Below are positions 39,001 through 53,758 of a stretch of 64,000 bases of DNA, piece by piece. The stretch comes from the human T2T-CHM13v2.0 reference genome, Homo sapiens. Where the stretch lies: assembly GCF_009914755.1 (NCBI RefSeq), contig NC_060930.1, one strand, 5' to 3'. The notes under the pieces are model-generated. The model saw only the letters and a program-made list of their open reading frames with translations. It was not told the DNA's origin and made no database searches. Position numbers and translations under genes: made by a program. How positions within the stretch are numbered: position 1 is the first letter of the stretch; every line of letters starts with the position of its first letter.

Positions 39001-41139
39001 TTTTGCAACATAGGAAATTTCTCATTCTAAGAATTCAAAAACACACGTACAATTTGAAATTTTTGTCCTGCAGAGACCTTGAAAATCACTGAATTGATTT
39101 GTTGCATTCTCAGGAGGACTTAGGAAATTTTGCTTATTTTTTCATTGTGCTTTCTCACAACTGACTTTCAAAAATATCATAGCTCTGCATTGTGGCAATA
39201 GTCCATGGTCAATACATCAATGACCTGTTTATCCTTGTAAGCAATATCAGCTTCCGTGAAAGACAGACTCCCAGTATTCCGAATCTCCCAGAGCTCCTGA
39301 ACCTGGCACTAGGCCACATCTGGCCAGCAGGGACAGTTCCTGATGTAGTTCACACTGTTATCCTAAAGCAATTTTGATTGGGAACATCTTGAAATCACTT
39401 CAGTTATTTCTCAGAAATCTCAAATTAAATCAAATATAGATGATTAAACTTAAGGGTCATCTGAAGATCTTACTGGAGATATTTTGATTGAGAAAAGTCT
39501 GTATTGTGCACACTAATTTGGTGAACAAGTAGCCATAATTGAATAATGCCTCTTGGGTTATATTAGTGAAAAAGAGAACTTATCCCATTGCTGGTGCTAG
39601 CACATGCTTTGTTTTTCAGGGCCATTTGTCGCCATGAAGCCTGACTCTTGAAAAAAAGAAATTCTTAGCCAAGTCTCTAAATGACGCTGTAAATTAAGGC
39701 AAAATCAAAACCAGAACTCAAGCCTACACTACAGTAAAAACCATCACATCATACTCTATTTCTTCTGGATTATTTCTTATGCTTCTCTAATTTTCATTTA
39801 GCTCTTACAATTAAGATAATTTAGAAACAATCATGAGTACTTTGGAAACCTTAACTTTTATTTACAGAGGAGAGAATTAAAGAGTTCATCTTAGGAACTA
39901 AAACAGCTAGTAGAACCTAGAGTGTCTATGTAGTTTTGACTTCTACTTCATTATTATAACCATTCATGAGTGAAATCTACATATATTACAACTGTCATTT
40001 TATGCTTTCCTGTTAAAAGAACTTTAATTCCTCTATGAGACTTGCAAAAATTAAAGTATCTTTCTTTCATGGCATCAATTTGCAATGTACTTTTATATTG
40101 AATATCTAGAAGAGTAACAAGTAATAGCTGATAATAATAAGAGTATAACAATAATTGACAAGTTAAAGCTTTTACTTTGTACTAGGCCCTGTGCTAAGCA
40201 GTTTATATGCATTGTCACATTGCAAGATACAGACAATAAAATGAAAGACCAGAAAGATGTTTCTTAAAACCCTGAAACTTGACTGCATTCAGTGTGCCAG
40301 TGTTCAACATATTGACTGGCATAGTTTTTCTTGCAAACACATGCATACTTAGGCAACATACACTGAGAAAATTTATACTGAACAGTCACTTGGCCCTTAA
40401 TATAATCTTCAGCTTGAAGTATTTCCTGCACATGAAGAAGCTATAAGAGCAGCCTTATAAGGTTTGCTACTCAAGGAGAGAAGTTCACAGGCAATGAAGG
40501 CAGGAAAATGATTCTCAATTCTGCTCTAGAATGGTAGACAAAAAAGGAAACTACTGAAGGGGCCAAGCAGTAAAATTTCTGTGAAAGAGCCAGAGTCTTT
40601 TTGGTGAAAACACCAGAGCCCCAAGAGCTACAAACTATGGTGTCCTGGGAACATGTTATTTAATTGTTCTGTCTATATTGGAACGTAGATTAAGAAGTAT
40701 ATGGTAACATTTATGTCATTTCACCTCTGCTAAGAGCCAGCCTTTCTTTTTTTTTTCTCTCTCTCTCTCTCTGTCTTTCTCTGTGCATTACTTTAAGTCA
40801 CATTCCTGTAAGGCTGCATCAGTGGTTGTCTTTCATATGCTTGCACCTATGTATGGAAGCCACAGCTGCCAAAAGCAGACCCACTCAGGTGTGTTGTAGC
40901 AGGGATTCAAGTGGGAATGGCATCACCATAGGTGTTGAATATGTTCTTCAATGGTTAAGTACTTTTAATCAGTCTGAAAAAGTGAAGGACATACTTCTAT
41001 TATTGTATAAAATGGCTAAATTTCTGAAAACTTCCAATTACGTTAAAACTGTAAAAATAATAGTTGAATTTAATTGTAAAATTAAGCTGTGCTCTAGGTG
41101 CCATTCACACCCATATAAGTATCTTGATAATTTTTTTAA

Positions 41140-41270
41140 AAAATTTTTGAGGACTCAGGGATATTCTTTGGAGGCTATCCAGCATTCCTGGCCTCTATCC
41201 AATATAAAGCTAAAAGTGCCCCAAATCATTGCAACAACCAAAAAAAAATGCCTCTATGAGATTCCATTAT
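41140..41270. mobile_element. MER20-like fragment
   Basis: CAGCATTCCTGGCCTCTATCCA...ATTGCAACAACCAAAAAAAATGCCTC. Confidence 0.5.
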
Positions 41271-42318
41271 ATTCTTGGTCAGACAATAAAAACTTATGAT
41301 TCTATGATCCAGCTACTCTTGCCTAGTTGAGAAGATTGACCAATGGCTTCTTCATGCAAACAGAAATTTTCCCTTCCATATGCATTAAGGTGCAGTTTCC
41401 CTTAGTAGTCTTATTTACTTTTCAGCCAAATTTGTTCAAAAAAAGAATTGATAACTTTTATAATTTGAAAGCACAGAAAAGACGTTTATGATAAATTTGC
41501 TAGCTGACGTGATATTCGATTTTTAAACAAACTCAGTCATCCCAATGCTATATTCTTGCACACATTCACTTGCCACTCACTCCTTTTCTCCTGCGTAAAG
41601 AATGATTTGTTACAAATAAACCAGTGGCAAAGCGAGGACGGCAACTTTTGTTATACATTATTTTATTTGAAACATTCCATGAAAGTTCTATTTTCAAGTG
41701 TCAATGCAGGTGAAATTCAGGGCATCACACAGTTCCACTAGAGCAGTAAAATGCTTTGTGGTGACTGTGTTCTTCCTTTGTTTGATTTGCTAGTTCTTTC
41801 TGAAGGCTTGCCATCACAACCTGAATGGAAACTCGTAGTACCCGACTGGTAGGGTTCTCTTACTCCTGGAGGTTTTGTCAGTCACTATCTTGAATGGTGA
41901 AATCTCTTTATATAGAGGAATGTCCTTGGCTAAGCATTCTTGTTGAATTCTTTGGAATAACTCTATCCTCCAGAAATTTCTACATAAGTATTCTATACAG
42001 TTTTGTTCATTCAACAAATATTTGTTGAGCAAATGATATAAGCCTTAAACTAGGGTAGGCACTGAAATCCTTTTCTAGATGGACTCAATAATAAAACATA
42101 ATTTTCAAGTTCATTATTATAATAGGAATAATAATTTAAAAACTGACATATACATTCATAGCTATTACAATGCTTATTATATTCATTTTATAACACTTCA
42201 TAGTACTATAGATAAAATGATCTAGATCTATTTTCCTTGATATTGCCAGTAATTATAAAACCCTAGTCCTGCCTAACCTATGCTATATTAAAAAATAATC
42301 CACAGGCACAAATTCTAG

Positions 42319-42714
<396 letters not shown>

Positions 42715-43349
42715 TAGAAGCGAAATAAAATATTTGAGAAACGAATATACTTTCTACAGATTTGCTTCACTCATCTTGTAGGGCAATTGGAAAGAATTTT
42801 ATTATATAAATACACAGTGTTATGGGCACTAATTTCTATTCCTTTAATTATAAGGAGAATCACCTTTTATCGCATTTCACATGCCATACACTATGCTAAA
42901 AAGCATGTGTGCATTATTTAATTTATTCCCTGTGATGCTGTAAGAGAATTTCCACATTCTACAGATGAGGAAACCAGGGAAGAGATAGGCAATATCAGAG
43001 ACAAAATTTGAAATCATAGCTAAAAGAGACTGTCTCAGTCATTAAAGCCACAATATGTCAGATCAGAATTGCCTCTCTAGGGGTCTAGAGAGCAGCAACA
43101 ACCAGAAGATGGCCTGGTCTTGGGACTTGGATTCAAGAGAAGTGTTCCCCCAAGGCAATGACAAGCAAGAGTTAAAAAGTGAATGTGGGCTCAAGTGTTT
43201 TGGGAAAAATAAGCATTTTACAATCTATAAATCATGTCTAAATGACAAGTAAAAAGAGAAGAACAGGCTAAAAATAGGAAAATAAACATGCAGAGAATAT
43301 GTATTAACTGAATAACTTTTGTGGGGAGGTTACAGTCATAACTTCTTTA

Positions 43350-43495
43350 TGTCAATTATATGGAATTCTCACAAAAATCCTGTAAATAAGTTTTAAATCA
43401 TAGTCTCATAAATGAGGAAACAGAGGTTCAGAGAGGTTAATGCACTTGCTCCGGGGAGCAAACCCCTGGAGGGCAGATTTGAGATTCCAGAAGCA
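43350..43495 (-). mobile_element. MIR
   Basis: AAATGAGGAAACAGAGGTTCAGAGAGGTTAATGCACTTGCTC core. Confidence 0.75.
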
Positions 43496-44473
43496 GGACT
43501 GAGAGCTGTTTGGCACTGAGGTGGAGTTGGGGAAGGGGTAGGCAGGGTGGGCATGGCGTTTCCAGTAGTCTCTTCCAGAAGAGTCCTAAGCGATTGCTAG
43601 GGAACAGATCTAAAGCACCCAGTTTATTCTTTTTTGCACAAAGCAGCATGTCTGAGGCAGGCTGAGTAAAACATTCAGAGTATGGTGAACAGATAGACTT
43701 ACATGAGGCCTGAAATAAATACATTTTGAATAATTCATTTTCTGGTCACGAAATTCTAGTTGAAAAGCAAAATTCACATCTTGCCCTGCCTCCATGATGA
43801 CTAGGCACATCATACCACAGTCAGAAATGAAAACAAAACACACATACAAACAAAAACCATTTCATTAATGGATGAACTAAAACAAACTGAACAAGAACCC
43901 ACCAGTCCCCAAATCAATGAAGGCTTTAGTGCTTTCCCTGAAGTTGCCAACTTCCTAGGAAAAGTGAATCATGACTCTGCAGTACTGATACCTACAGTTA
44001 GGTACAGACTCATGCAAATATGATAATCATTAGAGAAAACAACTGTTTTTTTCCCTATTGCTGACAGGCGGAATACAACTTTGGAAACCCTGTATTGTGA
44101 GTGTTTATTTTCCTTTACATACCTGCTTCAAACCGTGTTCAGAGAGACAGTTTTTCAAGACTCCCTTATAAATAGTTTGCTTGTGTAAACAAGTATGCAA
44201 TCTTTTTCTTAATGGTTTTATCTCTCAATTGTCATTTAACAATGGCCAAGTGATATATATACAAAGAGAGAGCATTAATTTATAAACAAAAAAAGAAAAT
44301 TACACACTTTGTATATGCTTTCTGTAAGTTCTACATTCATCAAGGAGGAATCATTTAAACCTGTTTCCCGAAGTATATTTCAATTTATTTAACTGAGCTG
44401 AAATGTGAAATAAAATATCTATTCCTTTCCATATATTTAGACAGCTACAGAAAATTATGTCAAATGTAGTAAT

Positions 44474-44600
44474 TTCATCATTTGTTTATTCAGTAAACAC
44501 TGAGTATCTATTATGTGCCAGGCACTATTGTGATCACTGAAATGGAGGAATGAATAAACAGATACAGGCACTGTCCCCATGGGGCTCACATTCTAATAAG
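44474..44600 (-). mobile_element. L2 3' fragment
   Basis: ATTCAGTAAACACTGAGTATCTATTATGTGCCAGGCACTATT...CATGGGGCTCACATTCTA. Confidence 0.75.
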
Positions 44601-47600
44601 CTATTAATGTATTATAAATTACATGCAATATTAAGGATAATTGATTTTATATAATGCAAACATAGATAAGCAATTGGGACTTCAGATTTCATTCAGAAAT
44701 TATTATCCTACTATCTTCACGTATTTTGAGGGATTTAAAAACTAATGTTCACTATTTAGTGACCATTATCTAAAAGGTTAACTGTGACGTAGAGGCTGTA
44801 TTCCATAACAAAGAGGAAAAACAGTGTTCTCTCTTGAATGTGGTGGTTGTTTAAATGTCTTACACCCACTTTAAAAGCTTCATATTTTTAGAGAAGATTG
44901 AAAATTGGAATGGTCCATCAATAGAAGTCATCAGTTAGTTAACAGAATTTCCTTAAAAAGTTTTTGACGATAGGGTATCTCCATTTAAACAGAGCTATGG
45001 ACATTATGATATTTTTACAAAAGATAATGTTAATTCTGCTTTTAGAAGTATCTAGAGAACAATTTGTTCACTAAATGAATTTTGCTTCATATTTTGTGCA
45101 AAAATCATTGTAAAACCCATGTCTATTTTTTGGAAATAAAAAAGAAAATTAAAATGACAATAATTGCAGCTTCCATCATTATGAGATTCCTGAGCTTTAT
45201 TTCTGATGTGGATACAGTTAGACAATAGCAACAGCTTTTGGAGAAGCTTTTGTCTCTTGAAAATGTTAAGGTAAGTGATTATTACTGACCTTACTAAATG
45301 TTATTAATACAGAAATAAAGCATATTTAACCACTCTTTGCTGTGTGCTCATAAGGTATCCATGGTACAAAGCATAGATATGTTTACATAAAGATGGTTTT
45401 TGCTCATTAGCAGACTAGAACTTCCAGCTCATATCATTCCTTTGAAGACAGGGAACTTGGGGTACAATCTGCAGGGTCATTAAAAAATTGTTCTTTATAT
45501 AAATTGTCTTAATGGCTTTGGTTGGTTGTTTCTGATTCTTCTTCTTTCTTATCCAGATACAGAATCTGAGGAGGGTGGCTCTGTTATTCTGATGGAATGA
45601 ATGCTCAGTGAGATCAAAATCAAGTCATTGAGGATGCCAGGAGAGTCTGGGGCATCCTCAGGTACCCTGCAGGGTTTGTGGGGAGGCTGCTGGACTTACA
45701 GATTGTTGTGGATTTCATCCTGGATGGTTTACTGAGCTCTTTGGGGTTCCTGAGGTGAAAATTACAGCAATTTTAAGAGTCTGACACACTTTCCAGCTGA
45801 TAGCACTAAAAACATGACTTGTAGCCTCCTCTCTTTTTCCTGTTTGCTTCTCTGAATGAAGATGGCAGAACTAATCTGTATGAACTATTATCTGTTATGT
45901 GAATTTTTATGAATTAAACTAATTTATCTTTAAAAATCCATTTTTTTCTCTATGAGCAACTTATGCAATGGAATGGACCTACTATATTTGTCAAAGTTAT
46001 TAGAGTCCCGGGTTTTTAATTACTAGTTTGAACCCCACAGCTCTTCTGGTAAAATGTGGACTGCATACTGAAGGGAAAACAAAATAACAGATTATGCAAT
46101 ATACAAATAGAATTACCAGTGACTTATTCTCCTTTAAGTCAACATTTAATGCAATGGTTTTTGCTCTGGATCTCATATCCCTTTTATTTTGTATTTTTTT
46201 TGGGTAAGGTGGTTCCGATGTTATCAACCAATAAAATAAATTCTACTTCAGGTGACTCTTGTTCTTAAAATTAAAATAATGGAAAATATAAATTTGCATG
46301 CATAAGTAATTCAATATTTTAATATTAAAGCAAAAACTTTATCCAATACTAAGAGTTTTAAGTACATTCCCACTTAGAATGAAATTATATGCTTGCAAAG
46401 AGATCCTTTACCTAATCTTACTCTTATTTTTATAACTTGTATTAGCGACAGAATTTACTGAATTTTTCACAATTTACCGTTAATGATTTGAAATTGTTTC
46501 AACCTATATAAAATTATGAATTTATAATTTTATATATAAGGAATGAATTAATCATATTTTTCTTAACTAGAATTTTAGAAACTATGAAAAACCTCAACTA
46601 AGCATGAAGTATTATTATAACATGAGTGAAATTTAAAAGTTCATTAATCTATCCCTATGGATAGTTTTGTGCAATGCTCAAAATTTTAGGCCTCTGGATA
46701 GATGCGAATTACATTTGCCGTTCTAACATCCCAATCTACGTATTAGTTTGAATAGTTCGACAAATCAAGAATGAGGTTTTTCTTTCTCCTTTCTTAAGAT
46801 TCTTCAACAATGTAATAAGGTAAACAGCAAATATTTTACGGATGAATCTAAGCATAAGTAGGTAAAGGTCATATGATCTTTAATTAAAAATATAAGATAT
46901 CATTAGTTATCAATTATCAATACAAGAAAGGTGACTAAATTTAATCCACCTGTAAAAAATAATATAGCTCTGTTCTAGTTCACAACATTTCATATTTCTT
47001 ATATTCATGGATATATCAAATAAGTCTAATTAATAAATATCTTTACTTAAATAAGTTTCCTTACTCTTTCCTACTATGATTGTATTTGTTCATCTTTTAA
47101 CACTAATTCTGCTCTGTACTTTCCCCAAAAATCTGCTGTCCATCAACTCTTCCTTTTCAGATCTTTTCTATAGCTAATAGTACTAAAAATCTTTAGCAGC
47201 CCTCAGCAATCACATCAAAAAACTCAGAAAGTGCAATCTGAAACCTAATTATTGCCATGTTGTCAAGTATGTGACCAGTTAAAAAAAACAACTTTAACTA
47301 AAATTATGATTTAAGAGTATACATTCAGCTATTGATACAGTCAAAAACCTTAATTCATAAAATATCAGTACAGAGAACGAAATGCAACTTTGCAATTATT
47401 TGCATAGAAGTTACCACTTAAAATGAGCACCAATACCTGTGACATTTGGACTGTCTAGACAAAGGTTGTTTACCCAAACTAAATCCATTAAAGGTATGGC
47501 TCACACTGTTAGCTAAATCCTACTAAAAATATTCTTATTGAGTCCAGCTTGCCCTGGTGCCTAACTCCATGGCATAAATTAAGGTTCAGAGCAAGTCTCT

Positions 47601-50600
47601 TAACTCTTTCAGATCATTAGAGCAGTATTTGAAAGGAGCAATCTAAGTGATCATTGGATTAATCCAAAATGCAAATGCACATGTTAAGTTTTATTTATCA
47701 TTGCAAGTCTTCATCTACATTTAAAACATAAAATTCAACATTTGAAAATAGAGCTATAAAAATGGATATTTACTAAAGCAAAACAGATAATATTTTGTGT
47801 ATGTGTGCACGTGTGCGTGTGTGTGTGTGAGAGAGAGTGTTTGGGTAGAATAAAGTGTTCCAGAAGTTATGCTTACAAGAGTGGTTTATAAATAAAACAA
47901 TTATCACAGCAAAATAATAGCAAGTCCTATACCTACAAGAAGGAATAAGCAGGACTTGACATATACTCTAAGAGTTTACTGTATCTCCTAAACTCTTAGG
48001 TATACTTCCTTAATGAAATTTAAAAATTAGAATTCAATTTGTGATTTTTCATTTCCTTGTTTTTTCTACTTTTTGTCTTATGTTCCACAGGCTAGTTCCT
48101 TGGTTCTTATTTCATACTTATTATACCTTATGTCATAAGTCATTATTCTCTTCCTGAAAACGTAGATTAAAACAGATGGGGCCTGAAACTCTTCAACCAA
48201 AGTTCAGAAAAGGCTGCTGAATTTTCCATGAATTTAGGACTGGATCCAGAGGCATTATCACTTAAATTGTCTCCACTTGACAATAATGTGATGAACATAG
48301 AAAAAATATTAGGTTTGAGAATCCATATAGTCTAATTGTTCTCTCATCACTTTGATTTTCTTGCAACTCAAGTCATTGGATGTATTCAAATATTTTAAAA
48401 AGGCATTTCTTTAGCCACACCCTGAACTTCTGGGGTTGTTTCTTCAAATCAGAACATGAGCCAGTGTACCCTGTTCTTCACCTATCCAGAGTAAACCAAA
48501 AAATAAGAACTTCTTGAAAAATATTTGGGTAGAGTGATTGTAATCATTATTGGTTTGGTTTTTGTTAACCTTTATTTTTTGTTTGAGGAAGATTAAGTCA
48601 ATCCACCTGGAGTTTAATACTGTATGTTACTATAGTAACTTTATAGCCTGTTTGGCTGTGACAAAGGGGCTTCATCTCGTCCATTTCATGCTCCTGTGTC
48701 GACCTACTCCCTCCCAGTGTTTTATTATATCTGTCTTTAAGGGTATCTGCGGGAGTCACAGCTGCTGTGCTTTTGTAACAGAAAGCAGCTTTCACTGTGT
48801 GAAATGCTAGGCTCTAAGAGGTCTTACAGGCTGATGGCATTATTGAATTTCAAAGCAAAGACAACATTAAATTGTTTAATGCTAATATTCACATTTTCCT
48901 GCATACCGTATATTTTTCTAGGAATAGTATGTAAGTTATTTATTTTTCCAGAAAAAGTATATAATTGCAATCTAATAGAATTATGAATGAGAGGAAAGGG
49001 AATGACCTTAAGGTGATATAACTTGAAAAACAAAATATAAAAAATTGTTTAAAAAAAAAAAAATTTCGTATACACTCTTTTAAAGATTAGTTTTAAAAAA
49101 TCAAGTAACTTGATTGCTTTATCCAGGTTTTATAGCTATCTAAATGTTGTTCAATGAGTAACTTCTGAATATGCTCTTATATATATAGATGCTGACTAAT
49201 ATTATCCACTTTAGTAAAACTTTAGCTCTTTAGATTCTATTCTTAAACCAAGTTTTAGTCTTGATCTCTTATGAGAAAATGTGTTAGCCTCAGTTATTTC
49301 CAAAGATAAAACATCATATTTGTAAGGGTAAGATTGAAATAGTTTTAATGTACTCAGAAATGTATATGAGTATACTGAGAAAATACTTTTGATAATATTT
49401 TTACTTTTCAGTTTCTCTCATCTTGTTTATTGAGCCATAGCACCTGCCCAGCTTAAAACTTCAAAATTCTCTTCCCAGTATGGTCCAGTATTTATTATTT
49501 GCCTCTGTTCCATAAAAGGCAACTTTGGTGAGATTTTTTTTCTTCAGATAATCAGTGCAGTGATTTTCCAGTTGTGTTAATTGTTGTGTTAGAAAAAGTG
49601 GTGAATGCTCAGAGTCTTGTTAACTTGCTAAGCATCTGGTCAGCAGGGTAGTTGAGTTCCAGCAAGGCTCTTGACACCTCTGCCAAGGGTTATTGATACC
49701 TCACACACCCCAGCTGAGGCAGATTGTTTTAGTTGGGCTTCATATCCATAGCATAGCCTGTAGTTAAGGGAAAAAAAAAGCAAACATGTGATTGACAGCC
49801 CACACCTCCTGGGCCCTTCTTACTACCAGACACAACATCTGCTATGCCCTGTGGAGCAGTGAACCAACACACACCGAGAGAATTGTTTCTAGTATTGTCA
49901 GGGTAGATTTTCTTTAACCCTTTGTAGTTACTCTCTGGAGAAAAGTGTGAGATGGCTTTTCTTAAGGGATGAGGGTGGGAATAAATTTAGATTTGGGGGG
50001 AGATTAGAATGCCTTGCTTTAAAAGGAGTTTTACTTAATAAAATATTACAGAAAGTGACCGAAAAAGGAATCTAGGGTAAGTGCGTAGAAATAACCTCAT
50101 TGTTGTGCTTTTTATCGTAAAATGAAGGTTTGTCATATTCCCTGCCATCATTATATCAGAATCAGGAAAAAATTTGTACAGTGTAATGAATTAGTTGCAA
50201 ATGGTTTTGGTTTTTATTCACTCGATACCCACAAACTAACGAGATTTTCATTAAATCTAGGTTTATAACAATTATTTGCAATAATTAAAAAGAAATGAGG
50301 AAGCCATTATATTTGTTAGGTAGATTTTAGAAGCTACAATGTGTCCAGGCCAAAGCTTTATGAGGCAAAAGTAATGTGCATCTGGTATTCCATAACTTCC
50401 AAAGTTATACACTGAAATATGGGAGCCTATAGATCACTTTAGGAAACTTGGTTTTTGTTACTGCCAACCCAACTACCCTGCTGGTAGAATACGAAGTCCT
50501 GTATTTGATAATAAATATGATTCTTTAAAAATAAATCAAAACAGTTTTGTAGACTGCCAGCAATGTATTGAAACATTTAAGGGTTCACAAAAATAATTAC

Positions 50601-51552
50601 TAAGTTAAATTTTTTTGGACATTTTTGAAGGGTTTATATTTGTGTCTAGATATGTTAAGGTATCTTCTGAAACAATTTCATATTTGGGGCATATTAGTCA
50701 AAAAGGTAAAGAATAGAGAATAATGTTCAGGTAAAATCATTTCATTACAAATGTGCCCTCTGCTACTGACATGAATAAAAATTAGGACACAAAGCTTCCA
50801 TATTGAAGAGATATAGCAATGGTTGTAAGAGTAATTTAACGTATTTCTTTTCACTTGGGCCAGTGTTTGTCAGACTAACTCTTCATCATAATATCATACA
50901 TCAACACTAATTCTTAATAGCCATGATATCTCTGTTTACAATGCTTTAAGGACAACCTATGCTACAGAAGAGCTGGTAGCATTTTTATTATGTCTTTATT
51001 ACAGCAATGTAATTAGCAATATTATTATTGTTATATATTACTCTCGTGTCTTGCCAGCATAGTTACTCCCACATAATTCACCCAGTAGTATAAAGATGGA
51101 AAAATTTCACTTGACTCATATGATATTAACATAATGTTATCATTCATAGTTAAATAAATAAATAAATGTGTACGTATCTTGAATATAAGATCCATTTGTC
51201 TCAACAAATTTGTTCTTAAGCCAAAAGATTTAGCCAGAGACAGATTAGCTTCTAACAATCAAAATTTTAAAAATACTAACATATGGATAATTCAAGAAAC
51301 ATTTTTCCTGTTTCTCACTATTTTGAAATTTTATTACTTGCTATATTCTTGTATGTGTGTGTTACTACCTAATTGTTACATTGATCTATTTATTACTGTT
51401 CCAATGCCACATAATTGTTATATAATATAGACATAAAGCTTTACTTTATGTCTAGATGAATCGTGGAAAAATACCTTATATTTGTTTTTTCATCATTCAT
51501 TTCTTGGCTATTTGTGTACACATATTCTTCCATAGGAATACAAAAGAAAAAA

Positions 51553-51970
51553 TTCTATGTTCTCACTGATTTGTGGCGTCAAAAATCAAAACTATTTGAA
51601 CTCATGAACATAGAGAGTAGAAGGATGGTTTCCAGAGGCTGGGAAGTATAATGGCAGACAGAGGAAATTGGGGGGAGGTGGGAATGATTAATGGATACAA
51701 AAAATAGTTAAAAAGAATGAATAAGACCTGCTATTTGATACCACAATAGGGTGGCTATAGTTAATAATAACTTAACTGTACATTTTAAAATAACTTAAAG
51801 AGTATAATCGGATTGTCTATAACTCAAAAGATAAATGCTTGAGAGGATGGATACCCCCATTCTCCATGATGTGCTTATTTCACTTTGTATGCCTGTATCA
51901 AAACATCTCATGTACCTCATAAAAATATACACCTACTATACAAAACTTTTAGAAAAATAATTTAAAAAAG
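51553..51970 (+). mobile_element. L1MA1/2 3'UTR
   Basis: Diagnostic 3'UTR (GGATGGATACCCCCATTCTCCATGATGTGCTTATT). TSD AATACAAAAGAAAA on both sides. Confidence 0.9.
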
Positions 51971-52610
51971 AAATACAAAAGAAAACAAAAGACATTTTAG
52001 GTATGATAGTTTGGTTCCTTTATTTGATACAGTCCTATAATCTCGATCTGAGAATAGGAGAATCTAGTTCATTCAGTCATTGTGAGCAGAGATTACTGAT
52101 GTCTGTTTTCTCACTTTGTGTTTTTTATTTGCCATTCATTCTCCATGTTTTCTTATCTTCTTCTGAATTGAATGAATTTCATTTCATCCTTATTTCGATA
52201 GCTGAAAATTTTATTTCTATTCTTTCCATTGTTATGCTCAGTTTTCAACACAAGTATTTGTGTATTTTATAAAAATATATTCAATAATATATCAGTATCT
52301 TTCTTCCCTTTCTTCATTTCCTTTTTTTCTCTCTAAACCCCTTGCCTTTTTAACTGTAATCTGGACTTTTGTTTCTAGATTATTATTTAAAAACATTCTT
52401 AACTTCCTTCTTTCTTGCTTGCTTCCACTATCTTCTTCTCTTCCTTCTCTGCATCCTCTTTCTGTTCTCTCTTCTTATAATATACACTTACTAAGATTTA
52501 ATACTTATTTTACTTATATGTTTGCTCATCATTCCCTTTCCTCTTTGTTCCTTTCTTTTTTTTTTTTTTCCTTTTGGAGGAATATATCCTCAAATGTGTG
52601 TCTTTTGAAT

Positions 52611-52920
52611 TTTTTTTTTTTTTTTTTTTTTTTCTGGAGACAGAATCTCACTCTGTCACCCAGCCTGGAGCACAATGTTGCGATCTCTGCTCACTGCAAC
52701 CCTGACCTCCTAGGCTCAAGCAATTCTCCCAACTTAGCCTCCTGAGTAGCCAGGACTATAGGCATGTGTCACCACACCAAACTAAGTTTTCTACTATTTT
52801 TAGTAGAGACGAAATTTCACCTTGTTGGCCAGGCTGGTCTCAAACTCCTGACCTCAAGTGACCCACCCTCTGTGGCCCTCCAAAGTGCTGAGATTACAGG
52901 CGTAAGCCACCATGCCTGGT
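52611..52920 (-). mobile_element. AluJb
   Basis: Antisense dimer with a long T tract; TSD TCTTTTGAA. Confidence 0.92.
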
Positions 52921-53181
52921 CTTTTGAAATTTTTTAAAGAAAATTTCTCATTGTATTTATTATGCTTTTGAAAAAATATTACATTTAACATTTTCTTTCC
53001 TATATTTGATTATATTCTCTTTAGAACATGTCAATAAATAAAAGTGTTTTCTTCACTCTGTTTAATATTTCCATCTTTTAAATTTCTTTTTATTATATTT
53101 TGGCATAGTTCTTTGGCTTGATCATTTAGCTCACAAATTTGTCTTTTCTAGTGTGCAATTACTATTTGTTTTTTATATGAG

Positions 53182-53515
53182 TGTATTAGTCTGTTCTCAT
53201 GGGTAAGTTCTCATGAGACTGGGTAATTTATAAAGGAAAGAGGTTTAATGGACTCACAGTTCCACATGGCATGGAGGCAAAGGAGAAGTAAGAGGCATGT
53301 CTTACATGATGGCAGGCAAGAGAACTACCAGGGGAACTACCCTTTATAAAACCATGAGATCTTGTGAGACTTATTCACTGTCACGAGAACAGCATGGGAA
53401 AGACCTGCCACCATGATTCAATTACCTCCCACCAGGTCTCTGTCATGATACATGGGAATTAGAAGAGTTACAATTCAAGATGAGATTTGAGTGGGGACAC
53501 AGCCAAGCCATATCA
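53182..53515 (-). mobile_element. THE1 (B/C-like) solo LTR
   Basis: TGTATTAGTCTGTTCTCATG...GGGGACACAGCCAAGCCATATCA; 5-bp TSD ATGAG/ATCAG. Confidence 0.92.
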
Positions 53516-53758
53516 ATCAGTAATTACAGTTTTCATTTAAAAAACTTCTAGAATTTATTTATAGTGATATGTTCTTGTTTCATAAATGCCATTTTCTCCA
53601 TTATCTTTCTACATATGTAAAATGTACTTATTTTGAAGTCATTTTCTGATTTCTCTAATAACTTTGTTTCTTTGGAAAACATTTCTTTCTGTATTTCTTG
53701 TGCATGTGTTTTCTCTTTTATGGGTCAATTACCTCTAAGTTTTGTTTATTTTTTGTAC

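Noticed and set aside
39321-39338. TGGCCAGCAGGGACAG, a CTCF-like motif
   Set aside because: The 3' half lacks the GGC core of the CTCF consensus.
40826-41299. 157-aa ORF
   Set aside because: Non-ATG start, no recognisable domain, and it runs into a MER20-like relic; chance ORF.
43697-43730. Minus-strand TTTCAG|GCCTCAT|GTAAGT 7-nt microexon-like signal
   Set aside because: Poor pyrimidine tract, not frame-preserving, and no supporting minus-strand exons; such patterns arise by chance.
52003-52745. Hydrophobic 89-aa and 161-aa ORFs that look like membrane proteins
   Set aside because: They are products of T/C-rich low-complexity sequence and an antisense Alu tail.
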